Source of the DNA: an uncultured Gammaproteobacteria bacterium
GTDB lineage: Bacteria; Patescibacteriota; Patescibacteriia; CAZBFB01
Assembly (NCBI GenBank): GCA_964491085.1
Contig: CAZBFB010000057.1
Location: 1-26,066 of the forward strand
Length of the DNA: 26,066 nt
Direction: 5' to 3'
The translations under genes were made by a program, and so were the position numbers. The notes under the pieces are model-generated. The model saw nothing but the letters and a program-made list of their open reading frames with translations, was not told the DNA's origin and did not search any database. The stretch's first letter is position 1; every line of letters starts with the position of its first letter. Positions 7,232 to 14,700 of this stretch are shown here, in pieces.

Positions 7232-8344
7232 ATGTCCAACATTCATCTCAAACAATTCCGCCGCGACTTGCACACGCACAACATTGATGCGGCGTATATC
7301 GTTTGGCCGGAGCATATGCAGTATCTGACCGGATTTTATGATAGCGATTCGCGTTTGATCGTGTCCCAAAAATCACTGGCCGTGTTATCTGATCCGCGCG
7401 TGTTGGATTTGGTTCGCAATCACAAAACTAAATTCACCTGTTTTGATATCAGCTCGCCCGCGTTCAAAAATTCTTGGGTAACATGGTTAAATTCCATCCC
7501 CCACCTAACCTCCCCCTTGAGTACAAGAGGGAGGAAAAATAAAACTATTGGTTTTGAAGCCAACCATTTGACCGTTGCGCAACACGCTCGGCTAAAAAAA
7601 ATATTCCCACATGGCACATTCGCGCCGATTGATTCTATTCTGGAAACCAGCCGCGCAATTAAACAACCGGACGAAATCGATTTGATCAAACAAGCGTGCC
7701 AGATTACTCACCGCGCTTATCAAATCATCAAGCCGCGGATAAAATCCGGTATGACTGAACTCGCCGTCGCTTGGCAGTTGGAAAAAATCATGCGCGAGCT
7801 GGGCGCGACCGGCTTGGCTTTTCCGACAATCGTCGCCACCGGCCCCAACAGCGCCATTCCCCACGCGCAACCAACTACGCGAACCATAAAAAAGAATGAC
7901 ATCGTGCTGTTGGATTTCGGCGCAAAAATTGGCCTGTATCACGCGGATATGACACGCACATTTTTTGTCGGTAGCCCTTCGACAAGCTCAGGGAATAAAC
8001 TTAGAAATATTTACGACATCGCCGCTCGCGCCCAACAACTCGGAATCAAAGCCGCTCGCGCCGGAGCATTTATTCACAAAGTAGACAACGCCGTCCGTGA
8101 TTATATCCGCGCCGCCGGTTTTGCCGACAACTTCACCCACGCCACCGGCCACGGCGTTGGCTTGGAAATCCATGAAGCGCCGGCGGTGTCAAAAAAACAC
8201 CCTTCGACAAGCTTAGGGTATAAACTAACATCCAATATGATTATTACCGTCGAGCCGGGAATTTACCTCCCCGGCATCGGCGGCGTGCGCATTGAAGATA
8301 CCATTAGAATTACAAAAAACAAACCGGAAATACTGACAAAATAG
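7232..8344 (+). CDS. M24B family Xaa-Pro aminopeptidase/dipeptidase
   Basis: Metal-ligand motifs DFGAKIGLYHADMTRT, HATGHGVGLEIHE, VEPGIY and RIED, with an N-terminal creatinase-like domain. Confidence 0.9.
   Translation: MSNIHLKQFRRDLHTHNIDAAYIVWPEHMQYLTGFYDSDSRLIVSQKSLAVLSDPRVLDLVRNHKTKFTCFDISSPAFKNSWVTWLNSIPHLTSPLSTRGRKNKTIGFEANHLTVAQHARLKKIFPHGTFAPIDSILETSRAIKQPDEIDLIKQACQITHRAYQIIKPRIKSGMTELAVAWQLEKIMRELGATGLAFPTIVATGPNSAIPHAQPTTRTIKKNDIVLLDFGAKIGLYHADMTRTFFVGSPSTSSGNKLRNIYDIAARAQQLGIKAARAGAFIHKVDNAVRDYIRAAGFADNFTHATGHGVGLEIHEAPAVSKKHPSTSLGYKLTSNMIITVEPGIYLPGIGGVRIEDTIRITKNKPEILTK
7496..7536 (+). repeat. R3 palindromic repeat copy in frame inside pepP
   Basis: ATCCCCCACCTAACCTCCCCCTTGAGTACAAGAGGGAGGAA contains the hairpin CCTCCCCCTT/AAGAGGGAGG and is translated as IPHLTSPLSTRGRK. 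Confidence 0.8.
7975..8001 (+). repeat. R2 repeat copy (CCCTTCGACAAGCTCAGGGAATAAACT) in frame inside pepP
   Basis: Translated as PSTSSGNKL. Near-identical copies are at 8200-8226, 15825-15848 and 24984-25006 (inverted), and a shorter copy lacking the flanking bases at 15650-15666 (inverted). Confidence 0.8.
8200..8226 (+). repeat. R2 repeat copy in frame inside pepP (second)
   Basis: CCCTTCGACAAGCTTAGGGTATAAACT is translated as PSTSLGYKL, in the same element frame as the copy at 7975. Confidence 0.8.
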
Positions 8345-8414
8345 CTTCAGTAGCTTTTGGGGAGTCGCTTGAATTTCCTACTGCACCTACCGAAGCTAAA
8401 AGCTACTGAAGCTA
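8342..8414. terminator. 17-bp perfect inverted repeat (R4 arms) between convergent pepP and holA; bidirectional terminator candidate
   Basis: TAGCTTCAGTAGCTTTT (8342-8358) pairs with AAAAGCTACTGAAGCTA (8398-8414). The terminal TAG and CTA triplets are the stop codons of pepP and holA. Confidence 0.6.
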
Positions 8415-9434
8415 CTTCTGTACCGATTCGTACAAAAATTTCGTCAACAAGGCCGACGGCGGTAATGACGTCGTTTTTAATTTTAGCTCCAACTGCAAAA
8501 CCAGCTCAAGCAAGCGCTCCAAATCCTCGCGCCGATACCGCTCGGCTTGCGCTTTCATCTTGCGCGCCACAAACGGATGCAATCCCGGCACCTCGCCGGA
8601 AAAAATATGCATATCAACCAGTAAACGCACCTGCCGCGCGATCATGGATAATAAATGTAACGGCTCATGATCTTGTAACAGGTGCTCTTCCAACTCCTTA
8701 AGCGCCGCGACCCATCGCCCCGTCCCCACCGCATCAACCAACGCAAAAATATCTTCTTCAATCCGCGCCACCGACAACAACGCCACTACCTCTTTTGTGA
8801 CCGCGCCGGTGGCACCCACATAACTGGCACACTTATCCGCCTCATTTTTTAGTTGCCACAAATCAATCCCCACTCGCTCCACCAAATATTCCCCCAAGCG
8901 CGGCTCGCTAAGTACATTACGCTTCGCCCAAACCTGACGCACAAATTGCGCTGGATCAACCAGCGTCATCACATCACGACATTTGGTTATTTCTTTAGAA
9001 CCTTGCACCCAAAATGCCTTAACTGCGGCTACTCCCGTCTTAGCTTGCGCGTGCGCTGTTTTAAACCACCCCATTCTTTCATCCGGACTACCTTCATACC
9101 AAATTACCAGCGTGGTATCAGCCCCGACTGTTTCCAGCAAGCGCGCCAGTGCCTCGGCCACAGCTTTATCTAATTTTTCCGTCAACCGCAGAATCACTAA
9201 TCGTTTGCTGGAAAACAATGACTGACTCGCCACGGCCGCGTGTAGTTTCCCCGCCCCATCTTCGCCTTTCAAATCATCGCTCGCCACCGCCACAAAATTT
9301 TCCAAACCATATTTTTTAGCAAACGCCTCCCGCCACGCCGTCACGGTCTCGGCAATAACAACGCTAGCATTGCCATACCAAAAAAAAATATGCGGCACCG
9401 ATTTTAATTTTGCTTCAATAAATTCAGTCAGCAT
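8412..9434 (-). CDS. holA: DNA polymerase III delta subunit
   Basis: HolA-like length and pattern (IFFWYGN, SKRLVILR, EEDIFALVDAVGTG, HEPLHLLSMIARQVRLL). The start is placed at ATG 9432-9434. The longer track ORF begins at a TTG that is the -35 TTGACT. Confidence 0.7.
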   Translation of the reverse strand: MLTEFIEAKLKSVPHIFFWYGNASVVIAETVTAWREAFAKKYGLENFVAVASDDLKGEDGAGKLHAAVASQSLFSSKRLVILRLTEKLDKAVAEALARLLETVGADTTLVIWYEGSPDERMGWFKTAHAQAKTGVAAVKAFWVQGSKEITKCRDVMTLVDPAQFVRQVWAKRNVLSEPRLGEYLVERVGIDLWQLKNEADKCASYVGATGAVTKEVVALLSVARIEEDIFALVDAVGTGRWVAALKELEEHLLQDHEPLHLLSMIARQVRLLVDMHIFSGEVPGLHPFVARKMKAQAERYRREDLERLLELVLQLELKLKTTSLPPSALLTKFLYESVQK

Positions 9435-9441
9435 ATAATTA

Positions 9442-9470
9442 AATGTAGCAAACGCAAAAACGGTAGTCAA
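9442..9470 (-). promoter_or_regulatory. holA promoter TTGACT-N17-(TGc)TACATT, 7 nt upstream of the ATG; predicted leaderless
   Basis: The minus strand reads TTGACTACCGTTTTTGCGTTTGCTACATTTAATTATATG. Confidence 0.5.
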
Positions 9471-9505
9471 TTGGTCTAATCCTGCATACCCTCCCCCCTT
9501 CTAAC

Positions 9506-9544
9506 AAAAAAATAATCCCCACGCAACGCGCTCGTTGCATGGGG
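9506..9544 (-). terminator. intrinsic terminator of the 204-aa orphan gene
   Basis: On the minus strand, CCCCATGCAACG-AGCG-CGTTGCGTGGGG (11 of 12 pairs) is followed by ATTATTTTTTT. Confidence 0.7.
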
Positions 9545-9558
9545 GAAAGGACAAAGGA

Positions 9559-10173
9559 CTACTTGCGCCGACAGAACACCCAACGCACGTCGCCAGCGTA
9601 GACAGAGTCGGGATTGGCTTCGTTGCTGTCGAGGTACCAGCTGTCGTCGTCGTCCTCGACGAGGAAGACGCTAGGGTCGCCGCTCGCGTCAGCAATCGGC
9701 TCCATGCCGATCAGGTACCCCTCGCCTTTCGGCTGGTCATTGTCAGCGAGCCGACAAGCGAGACCGACTTCGGCCGGGCACTTGTCAAATCCGAATCGTT
9801 CGGCACCGGCGAACACTTCGGTAATCGTCGCACTATCTTTGCCGGTGAGCACCTTGGTGGTCAGTGCCACCAGGTCGAGGGTGATCTTGGTCTGGCTGAT
9901 CGGGGTCTTGGCGAGCATCTGCCGCGCATAGACCCTGACCTGCAAACTGGCCAACTCCAGCGTGGCGGTGTAGGCCTCGACGGTTTTGTGGAAGCCGAGG
10001 GTGATGGTATGCGGGAAAAACGCGGTCATTTCGGCCCACGGATTCTCCTTGCGGAGAAACCGTTTGAGTGCGGAGAGCCAGATCATGCCCTCCGAGCCGG
10101 CCAACTTCTCAAACAAATCCTTGAGCGGTCCGCCAATCTGGCGGAGCGCCTCACCGAGCATGGCGTTATCCAT
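9559..10173 (-). CDS. hypothetical cytoplasmic protein with acidic C-terminal region (orphan, GC-rich cassette)
   Basis: 204-aa ORF with SD AAAGGAAAA 6 nt upstream of the ATG, high G/C at third codon positions, and its own promoter and terminator. No motif recognised. The antisense 222-aa ORF looks like a shadow. Confidence 0.65.
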   Translation of the reverse strand: MDNAMLGEALRQIGGPLKDLFEKLAGSEGMIWLSALKRFLRKENPWAEMTAFFPHTITLGFHKTVEAYTATLELASLQVRVYARQMLAKTPISQTKITLDLVALTTKVLTGKDSATITEVFAGAERFGFDKCPAEVGLACRLADNDQPKGEGYLIGMEPIADASGDPSVFLVEDDDDSWYLDSNEANPDSVYAGDVRWVFCRRK

Positions 10174-10290
10174 GGTCAGTTTTCCTTTTGCATTACTGCA
10201 TGAACGCTAGCGGGCTACCGCAATGGTAGTCATAGCCAGAAAATCCCAATGATTTAGGAGTTTTTGGTTGTGACTAGCGATTAATAAATG

Positions 10291-10319
10291 AGTGTAGTAT
10301 GTGCGTTATCTTTTGTCAA
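10291..10319 (-). promoter_or_regulatory. sigma70-type promoter TTGACA-N17-TACACT for the 204-aa orphan gene
   Basis: The minus strand reads TTGACAAAAGATAACGCACATACTACACT. The leader is about 115 nt. Confidence 0.55.
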
Positions 10320-10381
10320 ACGAAACCGCCGCGGGACGGGCGCATCACTATTTGTCTGCGTTAGTCAGCGTCAAGTCCGCG

Positions 10382-13108
10382 TTAGTCCGCGCCCACGGGG
10401 ATCATCTCTCCCCAATTTTCCCCGACCTTCACATCCGCCACCAACGGCACTTTTAATTTTGTAACATTTTCCATAGTTTCCTTCACCACTCGCGCCACTT
10501 TTTCCACTTCATCCGCCGGCACCTCCAACACCAATTCATCATGCACTTGCAACAACAATTTCGCTCGTGCGCTCACTTGCGGTAACGTCTCATGCAATTT
10601 AATCATCGCCAATTTAATAATATCGCCGGTAGCCGTACCTTGCACCGGCATGTTGGTAGCCATCCGCTCGGCCGCGGCGCGGAGCATCGGATGATCGGCG
10701 TCAATGTCCGGCAGATAGCGGCGGCGACCAAACAGCGTTTCTACATAACCATGCTCACGCGCGAATTGTTTGGTGCTCTCGATATATGCTTTAATGCCGC
10801 TATGAATTTTAAAATAGGTTTCAATAAATTCGCGCGCTTCTTTCCCGTTCATATTCGTTACCCGAGCCAAATGAGTCGCGCCCATGCCGTACAAAATTCC
10901 AAAGTTAATTGCTTTAGCCGCGTAACGCATCTCTTTCGTGACTTGCTCAATCGGCACGCCGTTAATTTCCGCCGCCGTGCGCGCGTGAATATCTTCCCCC
11001 TGCTGAAACGCGGCCATCATTTTTTTGTCGCCGGACAAATGCGCCGCCACTCGCAATTCAATTTGCGAATAGTCCGCCGATACGAGACGATTACCTTTAT
11101 CCGCCACAAACGCGGCGCGAATTTCTCGCCCCAATTCTGACCGGATGGGAATATTTTGCAAATTTGGATCCGAACTGGACAAGCGACCGGTTTCGGCAAT
11201 GGTTTGATTAAAACTGGTGTGAATCCGACCGTCAGCTTCCACCAATTCCGGCAGGGCTTCCAAATAGGTGGACAGCATTTTTGACAATTCGCGATGTTCC
11301 ATGATTTTCGGAACAATCGGATGTGCCTCCACCATTTTTTCCAGCTCGGCGGCGGCGGTCGAAATACCAGTTTTTGTCTTAGCCAATCCTTTAGTCGAGA
11401 TCTGTAATTTTTCAAACAAAATAACTTTCAACTGCTTCGGCGAAGCAATGTTGAACTCTTCCCCAGCTAATTCCCAAATCGTTTTTTGCAATGCCTGCAA
11501 ACGCACCCGCACTTTTTTGGCAATCGCGACCAGAACTTTTGTATCGAGCGCGATGCCGGCGTGTTCCATCTCGGCCAAAATCGGCACCAGTGGTATTTCA
11601 ATATCAGCCAGCACTTTATCCACGCCGTTTTCTTTTAATCGCGGCGCCAGCAGATGGTACAACCGCATGGTGTAATCCGCATCCGCGCAAGCGTATTGCG
11701 CCAAGTCAGCCAGCGGCACTTTAGTGATGTTAATTTTTTCTGATTTGGTCTCGCCGGTGAGCTGTTCGATCGTCGTCATTTCAAATCCAAATTCGCGAAA
11801 CACCAACGACTTAAGATCATAATTCCGCGCGCCCGGATGCAACAAATATTCGGCGAGCATGGTATCAAACGTAATCCCCTGCAGGGGAACGCCGTGATTG
11901 CGCATAATTTCCAAATCATACTTGGCATGATGACAAACTTTTTCGATCTTAGGATTTTCCAAAATCATTTTTAATTCATTCGGAATTAGTAATTCGGAAT
12001 TCGTCATTGCTACAAAGTACGCCTCACCTTCTCTCCACGAAAAACTCATACCAACCAGCTTGGCGCGACGCGGGTTCAACTCGGTTGTTTCGGTATCAAA
12101 TGCAAACCGTCCCTGTTTACCCAACTCACGCACAAAATCAGCGAGCTGGACATCGGTTTCAATCAAGTGATAGCCCGCATTCTTTTTTGGCGCTTGTGGC
12201 GTGCCGGTTTCGGTTTCATTCGTCGGAATTTTCCCGATCAATGAAGAAAAACCCCACTCTTGAAACAGCGCGGCCACCGCTTCGCGATCAAATGGCTGAC
12301 GCAAAGCACTCGCGCGCGAAAAATTGATCGGCACATCACGCCGAATTGTTCCCAGCTCGCGGCTCATGAACGCCGCCGCGCGGCTCGTGCGCAATAATTC
12401 TTTTTGCCGCCCGGACAATCCCGCGTCATCACGATCCACCGCCTCATATAACGCGTCAAGCGTGTCGAATTTTTGCAACAACTCAACTGCGCCTTTTTCG
12501 CCGATCCCTTTTACTCCCGGCAAATTATCCGACGGATCGCCCTTCAACGCTTTCAAATCAATCAACTGTGAAATTTTCAATCCATAACGCTCCTCGACTG
12601 CCGCCGCATCATAAATCACAGTGTCGGAAATTCCTTTTTTGAGTGTGTATACTTTTGTGTATTCGTCAATCAATTGTAAAGCATCCAAATCGCCGGTTAT
12701 AATCACCAGATTGCTTGCTTGATTTTTTGTTTTCTTGTTTTCTTGAACAATCGTGCCGATAATGTCATCCGCTTCAAACCCCTCGGCTTCATAAATCGGA
12801 ATATTCATGGCCTGCACCAATCGCTTAATCAAGGGCAACTGATCATACAACTCTTGTGGCTGTTTAACGCGGGTGGCTTTGTATTCTTTGTAAGCCAGAT
12901 GTCGAAATGTCGGCCCGCGCAAATCAAACGTGGCCACGATCGCGTCCGGATCGAGCTCTTTCAAAATTTTCAACAAAATCGTGGCAAAACCATACACCGC
13001 ATTCACCAGCAAACCGTCTTTGGTTTGCAAAGGCGGCAAGGCATGAAAGGCGCGATGCAGAAGGGCGTTGCCATCGATAATAACGAGAGTAGGGAGTTTT
13101 TTTGGCAT
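10382..13108 (-). CDS. polA: DNA polymerase I (5'-nuclease, 3'-5' exonuclease and polymerase domains)
   Basis: LPGVKGIGEKGA (H3TH), FDTETT and HHAKYD (exonuclease motifs), DYSQIELR (motif A), RYAAKAINFGILYG (motif B), QVHDELV (motif C). Confidence 0.95.
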   Translation of the reverse strand: MPKKLPTLVIIDGNALLHRAFHALPPLQTKDGLLVNAVYGFATILLKILKELDPDAIVATFDLRGPTFRHLAYKEYKATRVKQPQELYDQLPLIKRLVQAMNIPIYEAEGFEADDIIGTIVQENKKTKNQASNLVIITGDLDALQLIDEYTKVYTLKKGISDTVIYDAAAVEERYGLKISQLIDLKALKGDPSDNLPGVKGIGEKGAVELLQKFDTLDALYEAVDRDDAGLSGRQKELLRTSRAAAFMSRELGTIRRDVPINFSRASALRQPFDREAVAALFQEWGFSSLIGKIPTNETETGTPQAPKKNAGYHLIETDVQLADFVRELGKQGRFAFDTETTELNPRRAKLVGMSFSWREGEAYFVAMTNSELLIPNELKMILENPKIEKVCHHAKYDLEIMRNHGVPLQGITFDTMLAEYLLHPGARNYDLKSLVFREFGFEMTTIEQLTGETKSEKINITKVPLADLAQYACADADYTMRLYHLLAPRLKENGVDKVLADIEIPLVPILAEMEHAGIALDTKVLVAIAKKVRVRLQALQKTIWELAGEEFNIASPKQLKVILFEKLQISTKGLAKTKTGISTAAAELEKMVEAHPIVPKIMEHRELSKMLSTYLEALPELVEADGRIHTSFNQTIAETGRLSSSDPNLQNIPIRSELGREIRAAFVADKGNRLVSADYSQIELRVAAHLSGDKKMMAAFQQGEDIHARTAAEINGVPIEQVTKEMRYAAKAINFGILYGMGATHLARVTNMNGKEAREFIETYFKIHSGIKAYIESTKQFAREHGYVETLFGRRRYLPDIDADHPMLRAAAERMATNMPVQGTATGDIIKLAMIKLHETLPQVSARAKLLLQVHDELVLEVPADEVEKVARVVKETMENVTKLKVPLVADVKVGENWGEMIPVGAD

Positions 13109-13114
13109 GCCTCC

Positions 13115-13123
13115 ATACTAACA
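13115..13123 (-). promoter_or_regulatory. extended -10 box (TGtTAGTAT) 6 nt upstream of the polA ATG; predicted leaderless
   Basis: The minus strand reads TGTTAGTAT-GGAGGC-ATG. GGAGG is only 1 nt from the ATG, too close to act as an SD. Confidence 0.4.
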
Positions 13124-13171
13124 CAAAATTACTAAATTGCTAATTCTGAAATTGCCATCCAGGCCTGACTT

Positions 13172-13214
13172 GGAATCCAGTTAACTTAGATCCCAAATCT
13201 AGTTTGGGATGACA
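13172..13214 (-). repeat. R1 (TGTCAT-hairpin) repeat copy
   Basis: GGAATCCAGTTAACTTAGATCCCAAATCTAGTTTGGGATGACA. The stem CCCAAA/TTTGGG replaces CCCCGA/TCGGGG of the copy at 5124-5153. Confidence 0.75.
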
Positions 13215-13268
13215 AAATAAAAAAACGCCCGAGAGTCAGACCACCACGATGGTGATGTGACTCCCGAG
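13214..13268 (-). terminator. strong intrinsic terminator of the GC-rich 333-aa gene
   Basis: On the minus strand, CTCGGGAGTCA..(inner CACCA/TGGTG)..TGACTCTCGGG forms an 11-bp stem including G-U pairs, followed by CGTTTTTTTATTTT. Confidence 0.75.
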
Positions 13269-13319
13269 CGAGACCTAGGCGCTCACACGGGAGCGGCTAG
13301 GGTACTGCGTTGCCGACGA

Positions 13320-14321
13320 CTACGCCGAGGCGGAGGCGGTCGCGCCGAGCTGGTTCGGCGGGACGAACGTCATGTCGATGACGCCGGGACGCGCCGACAA
13401 GAGACCCGTCGTGAAGACGGCCGGCTCGTTGGCGTGCGTGCTCTGCGTGATCGGCATGGCGTGCTCGGGCGTGAGCTCGGCATCCTTGACGAGCGTGCCC
13501 TGGGCGACGATGGCGTTGGCGTTGATCGCCTGCGGCAAATTCGCCGCGTTGATGTCGGCCATCTTCACCTTGGCCCACTTGCCGTTGACATCCGTGAACG
13601 TCATCTGGCCATTGCGGCCGTCGGACAGGTAGGCGATCGGCGCGTTGGTCGGGCTCGCGACCTGGTTCCAGGCCATGCCCGCGCCGAACAGCGCCGCGCC
13701 CTTGGTCAGATCCGCCATGTACACGGTCCCGTCCTCGTCGATCGCGACCGCCAACCGGTCGTTGTTCTCGACCAACTGAACGATCTTGAGCGCGCTGTCC
13801 TCGAGAGCGAAGATGCCGTACGTGCGACCGTCGTCGAACGACGCCGAGGTCACCGCTTCCGCGATGAACCCGACGAAGTAGATCCCGACGTAGCCGGTGA
13901 GCGGCTTCGCGAACTCGACGAGGGTACGAACGATGCTCGAGATGACGCCCTGACTGGTGATCCGGTGATCGTGGCGCAGGACCTGCACGTACGCGTTGCT
14001 CTGGAAGCTCCCGATGAGGAGCGCCTGCGCGGGCAGGACGACCGTCTCGTTGAGCTTCTGGCCGATGGAGCGCACGATGCCCGTCAGGTACGCGAACGTG
14101 ACGCGCGACCGGTCGGGACGCTCGTTGTTCGGCTCGACGCCCAAGGCGACGAGCTGACGCACGGTGGTCTTCACGCCGAAGTCCCGGGCGCCCTGGTCCG
14201 TCCCGTCCCCGCCCTTGATCAGCTTCCACGAGGCCGTGGCCATGGCGTAGAAGCCGGTGAGCACGGCGTACAACCGAACGAGCGGAATCTTCAGCGTGTT
14301 GATACGCGGATTCGTCTTCAT
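13320..14321 (-). CDS. hypothetical secreted protein (orphan), extreme GC3 codon usage
   Basis: 333-aa ORF with balanced amino-acid composition and a hydrophobic N-terminus (LVRLYAVLTGFYAMATA). By hand count about nine in ten codons end in G or C. The two overlapping ORFs (400 aa on +, 310 aa on -) are Arg/Asp/Gly-rich shadows. Confidence 0.7.
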   Translation of the reverse strand: MKTNPRINTLKIPLVRLYAVLTGFYAMATASWKLIKGGDGTDQGARDFGVKTTVRQLVALGVEPNNERPDRSRVTFAYLTGIVRSIGQKLNETVVLPAQALLIGSFQSNAYVQVLRHDHRITSQGVISSIVRTLVEFAKPLTGYVGIYFVGFIAEAVTSASFDDGRTYGIFALEDSALKIVQLVENNDRLAVAIDEDGTVYMADLTKGAALFGAGMAWNQVASPTNAPIAYLSDGRNGQMTFTDVNGKWAKVKMADINAANLPQAINANAIVAQGTLVKDAELTPEHAMPITQSTHANEPAVFTTGLLSARPGVIDMTFVPPNQLGATASASA

Positions 14322-14624
14322 GATGATGCTATTCCCTTTGACCCTTTGAGGTCGCTGTTTACTGCATCACTTCCAGGTCTCGTGCTGGAAGCCCCACGTC
14401 ACTGCAAATTACATTGCGACGGTATCGCCCTCCAAACGATACACATCGGCTATTATTAAAGAACTTCTAAACCCCTCCCACAGCTGGGTACCATACGTCT
14501 GTTGACATACGATACGAATATCGTCCGGTACCCACCTGTTGAAGGACTTTTTCCAAAAAAGAAAAGAGGCGCAATGCCTTTGGTCTCTCGACCTCACAGC
14601 CCTGATATTTTTTAACTTGGCAAC

Positions 14625-14653
14625 ACTGTATCGCACTCCCCAAATCTTGTCAA
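14625..14653 (-). promoter_or_regulatory. sigma70-type promoter TTGACA-N17-TACAGT for the GC-rich 333-aa gene
   Basis: The minus strand reads TTGACAAGATTTGGGGAGTGCGATACAGT. It predicts a leader of about 297 nt. Confidence 0.55.
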
Positions 14654-14675
14654 GAGCTTGCTCTTTGTGTATGCT
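14647..14675 (+). promoter_or_regulatory. candidate tRNA-Cys promoter TTGTCA-N17-TATGCT
   Basis: The -35 overlaps the minus-strand -35 in the palindromic CTTGTCAAG. The predicted TSS is about 19 nt before the tRNA 5' end. Confidence 0.4.
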
Positions 14676-14700
14676 TTCTTTACAATACAGTAAGCAAAAC

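Noticed and set aside
10193-10201. Identical ATGCAGTAA mini-ORF (Met-Gln-stop) in the leaders of both GC-rich cassettes (also at 14359-14367)
   Set aside because: A shared 9-mer between leaders of about 115 nt and about 300 nt is expected by chance at roughly the 10% level, and the spacing to the main ATG differs (19 vs 37 nt). It is not strong enough to call a common regulatory uORF.
9535-10203. 222-aa plus-strand ORF antisense to the 204-aa gene
   Set aside because: Its composition looks like an antisense shadow. It has no SD or promoter, while the minus-strand frame has an SD, a promoter, a terminator and a third-position G/C bias.
10592-12587. Several 80-180 aa plus-strand ORFs inside polA, and similar antisense ORFs inside uvrB, ruvB, the VanW-like gene and others
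   Set aside because: They lie antisense to or off-frame of strongly conserved genes, have biased composition and lack translation signals. They are ordinary shadow ORFs.
13257-14459. 400-aa plus-strand ORF and 310-aa minus-strand ORF (13297-14229) overlapping the 333-aa gene; possible overlapping or antisense genes
   Set aside because: Both translate to Arg/Asp/Gly/His/Leu-rich low-complexity sequence typical of off-frame reading of very GC-rich DNA, where stop codons are rare. The 400-aa ORF also runs through the terminator and leader. Only the 13320-14321 frame has G/C concentrated at third positions, a balanced composition and proper start and stop context.
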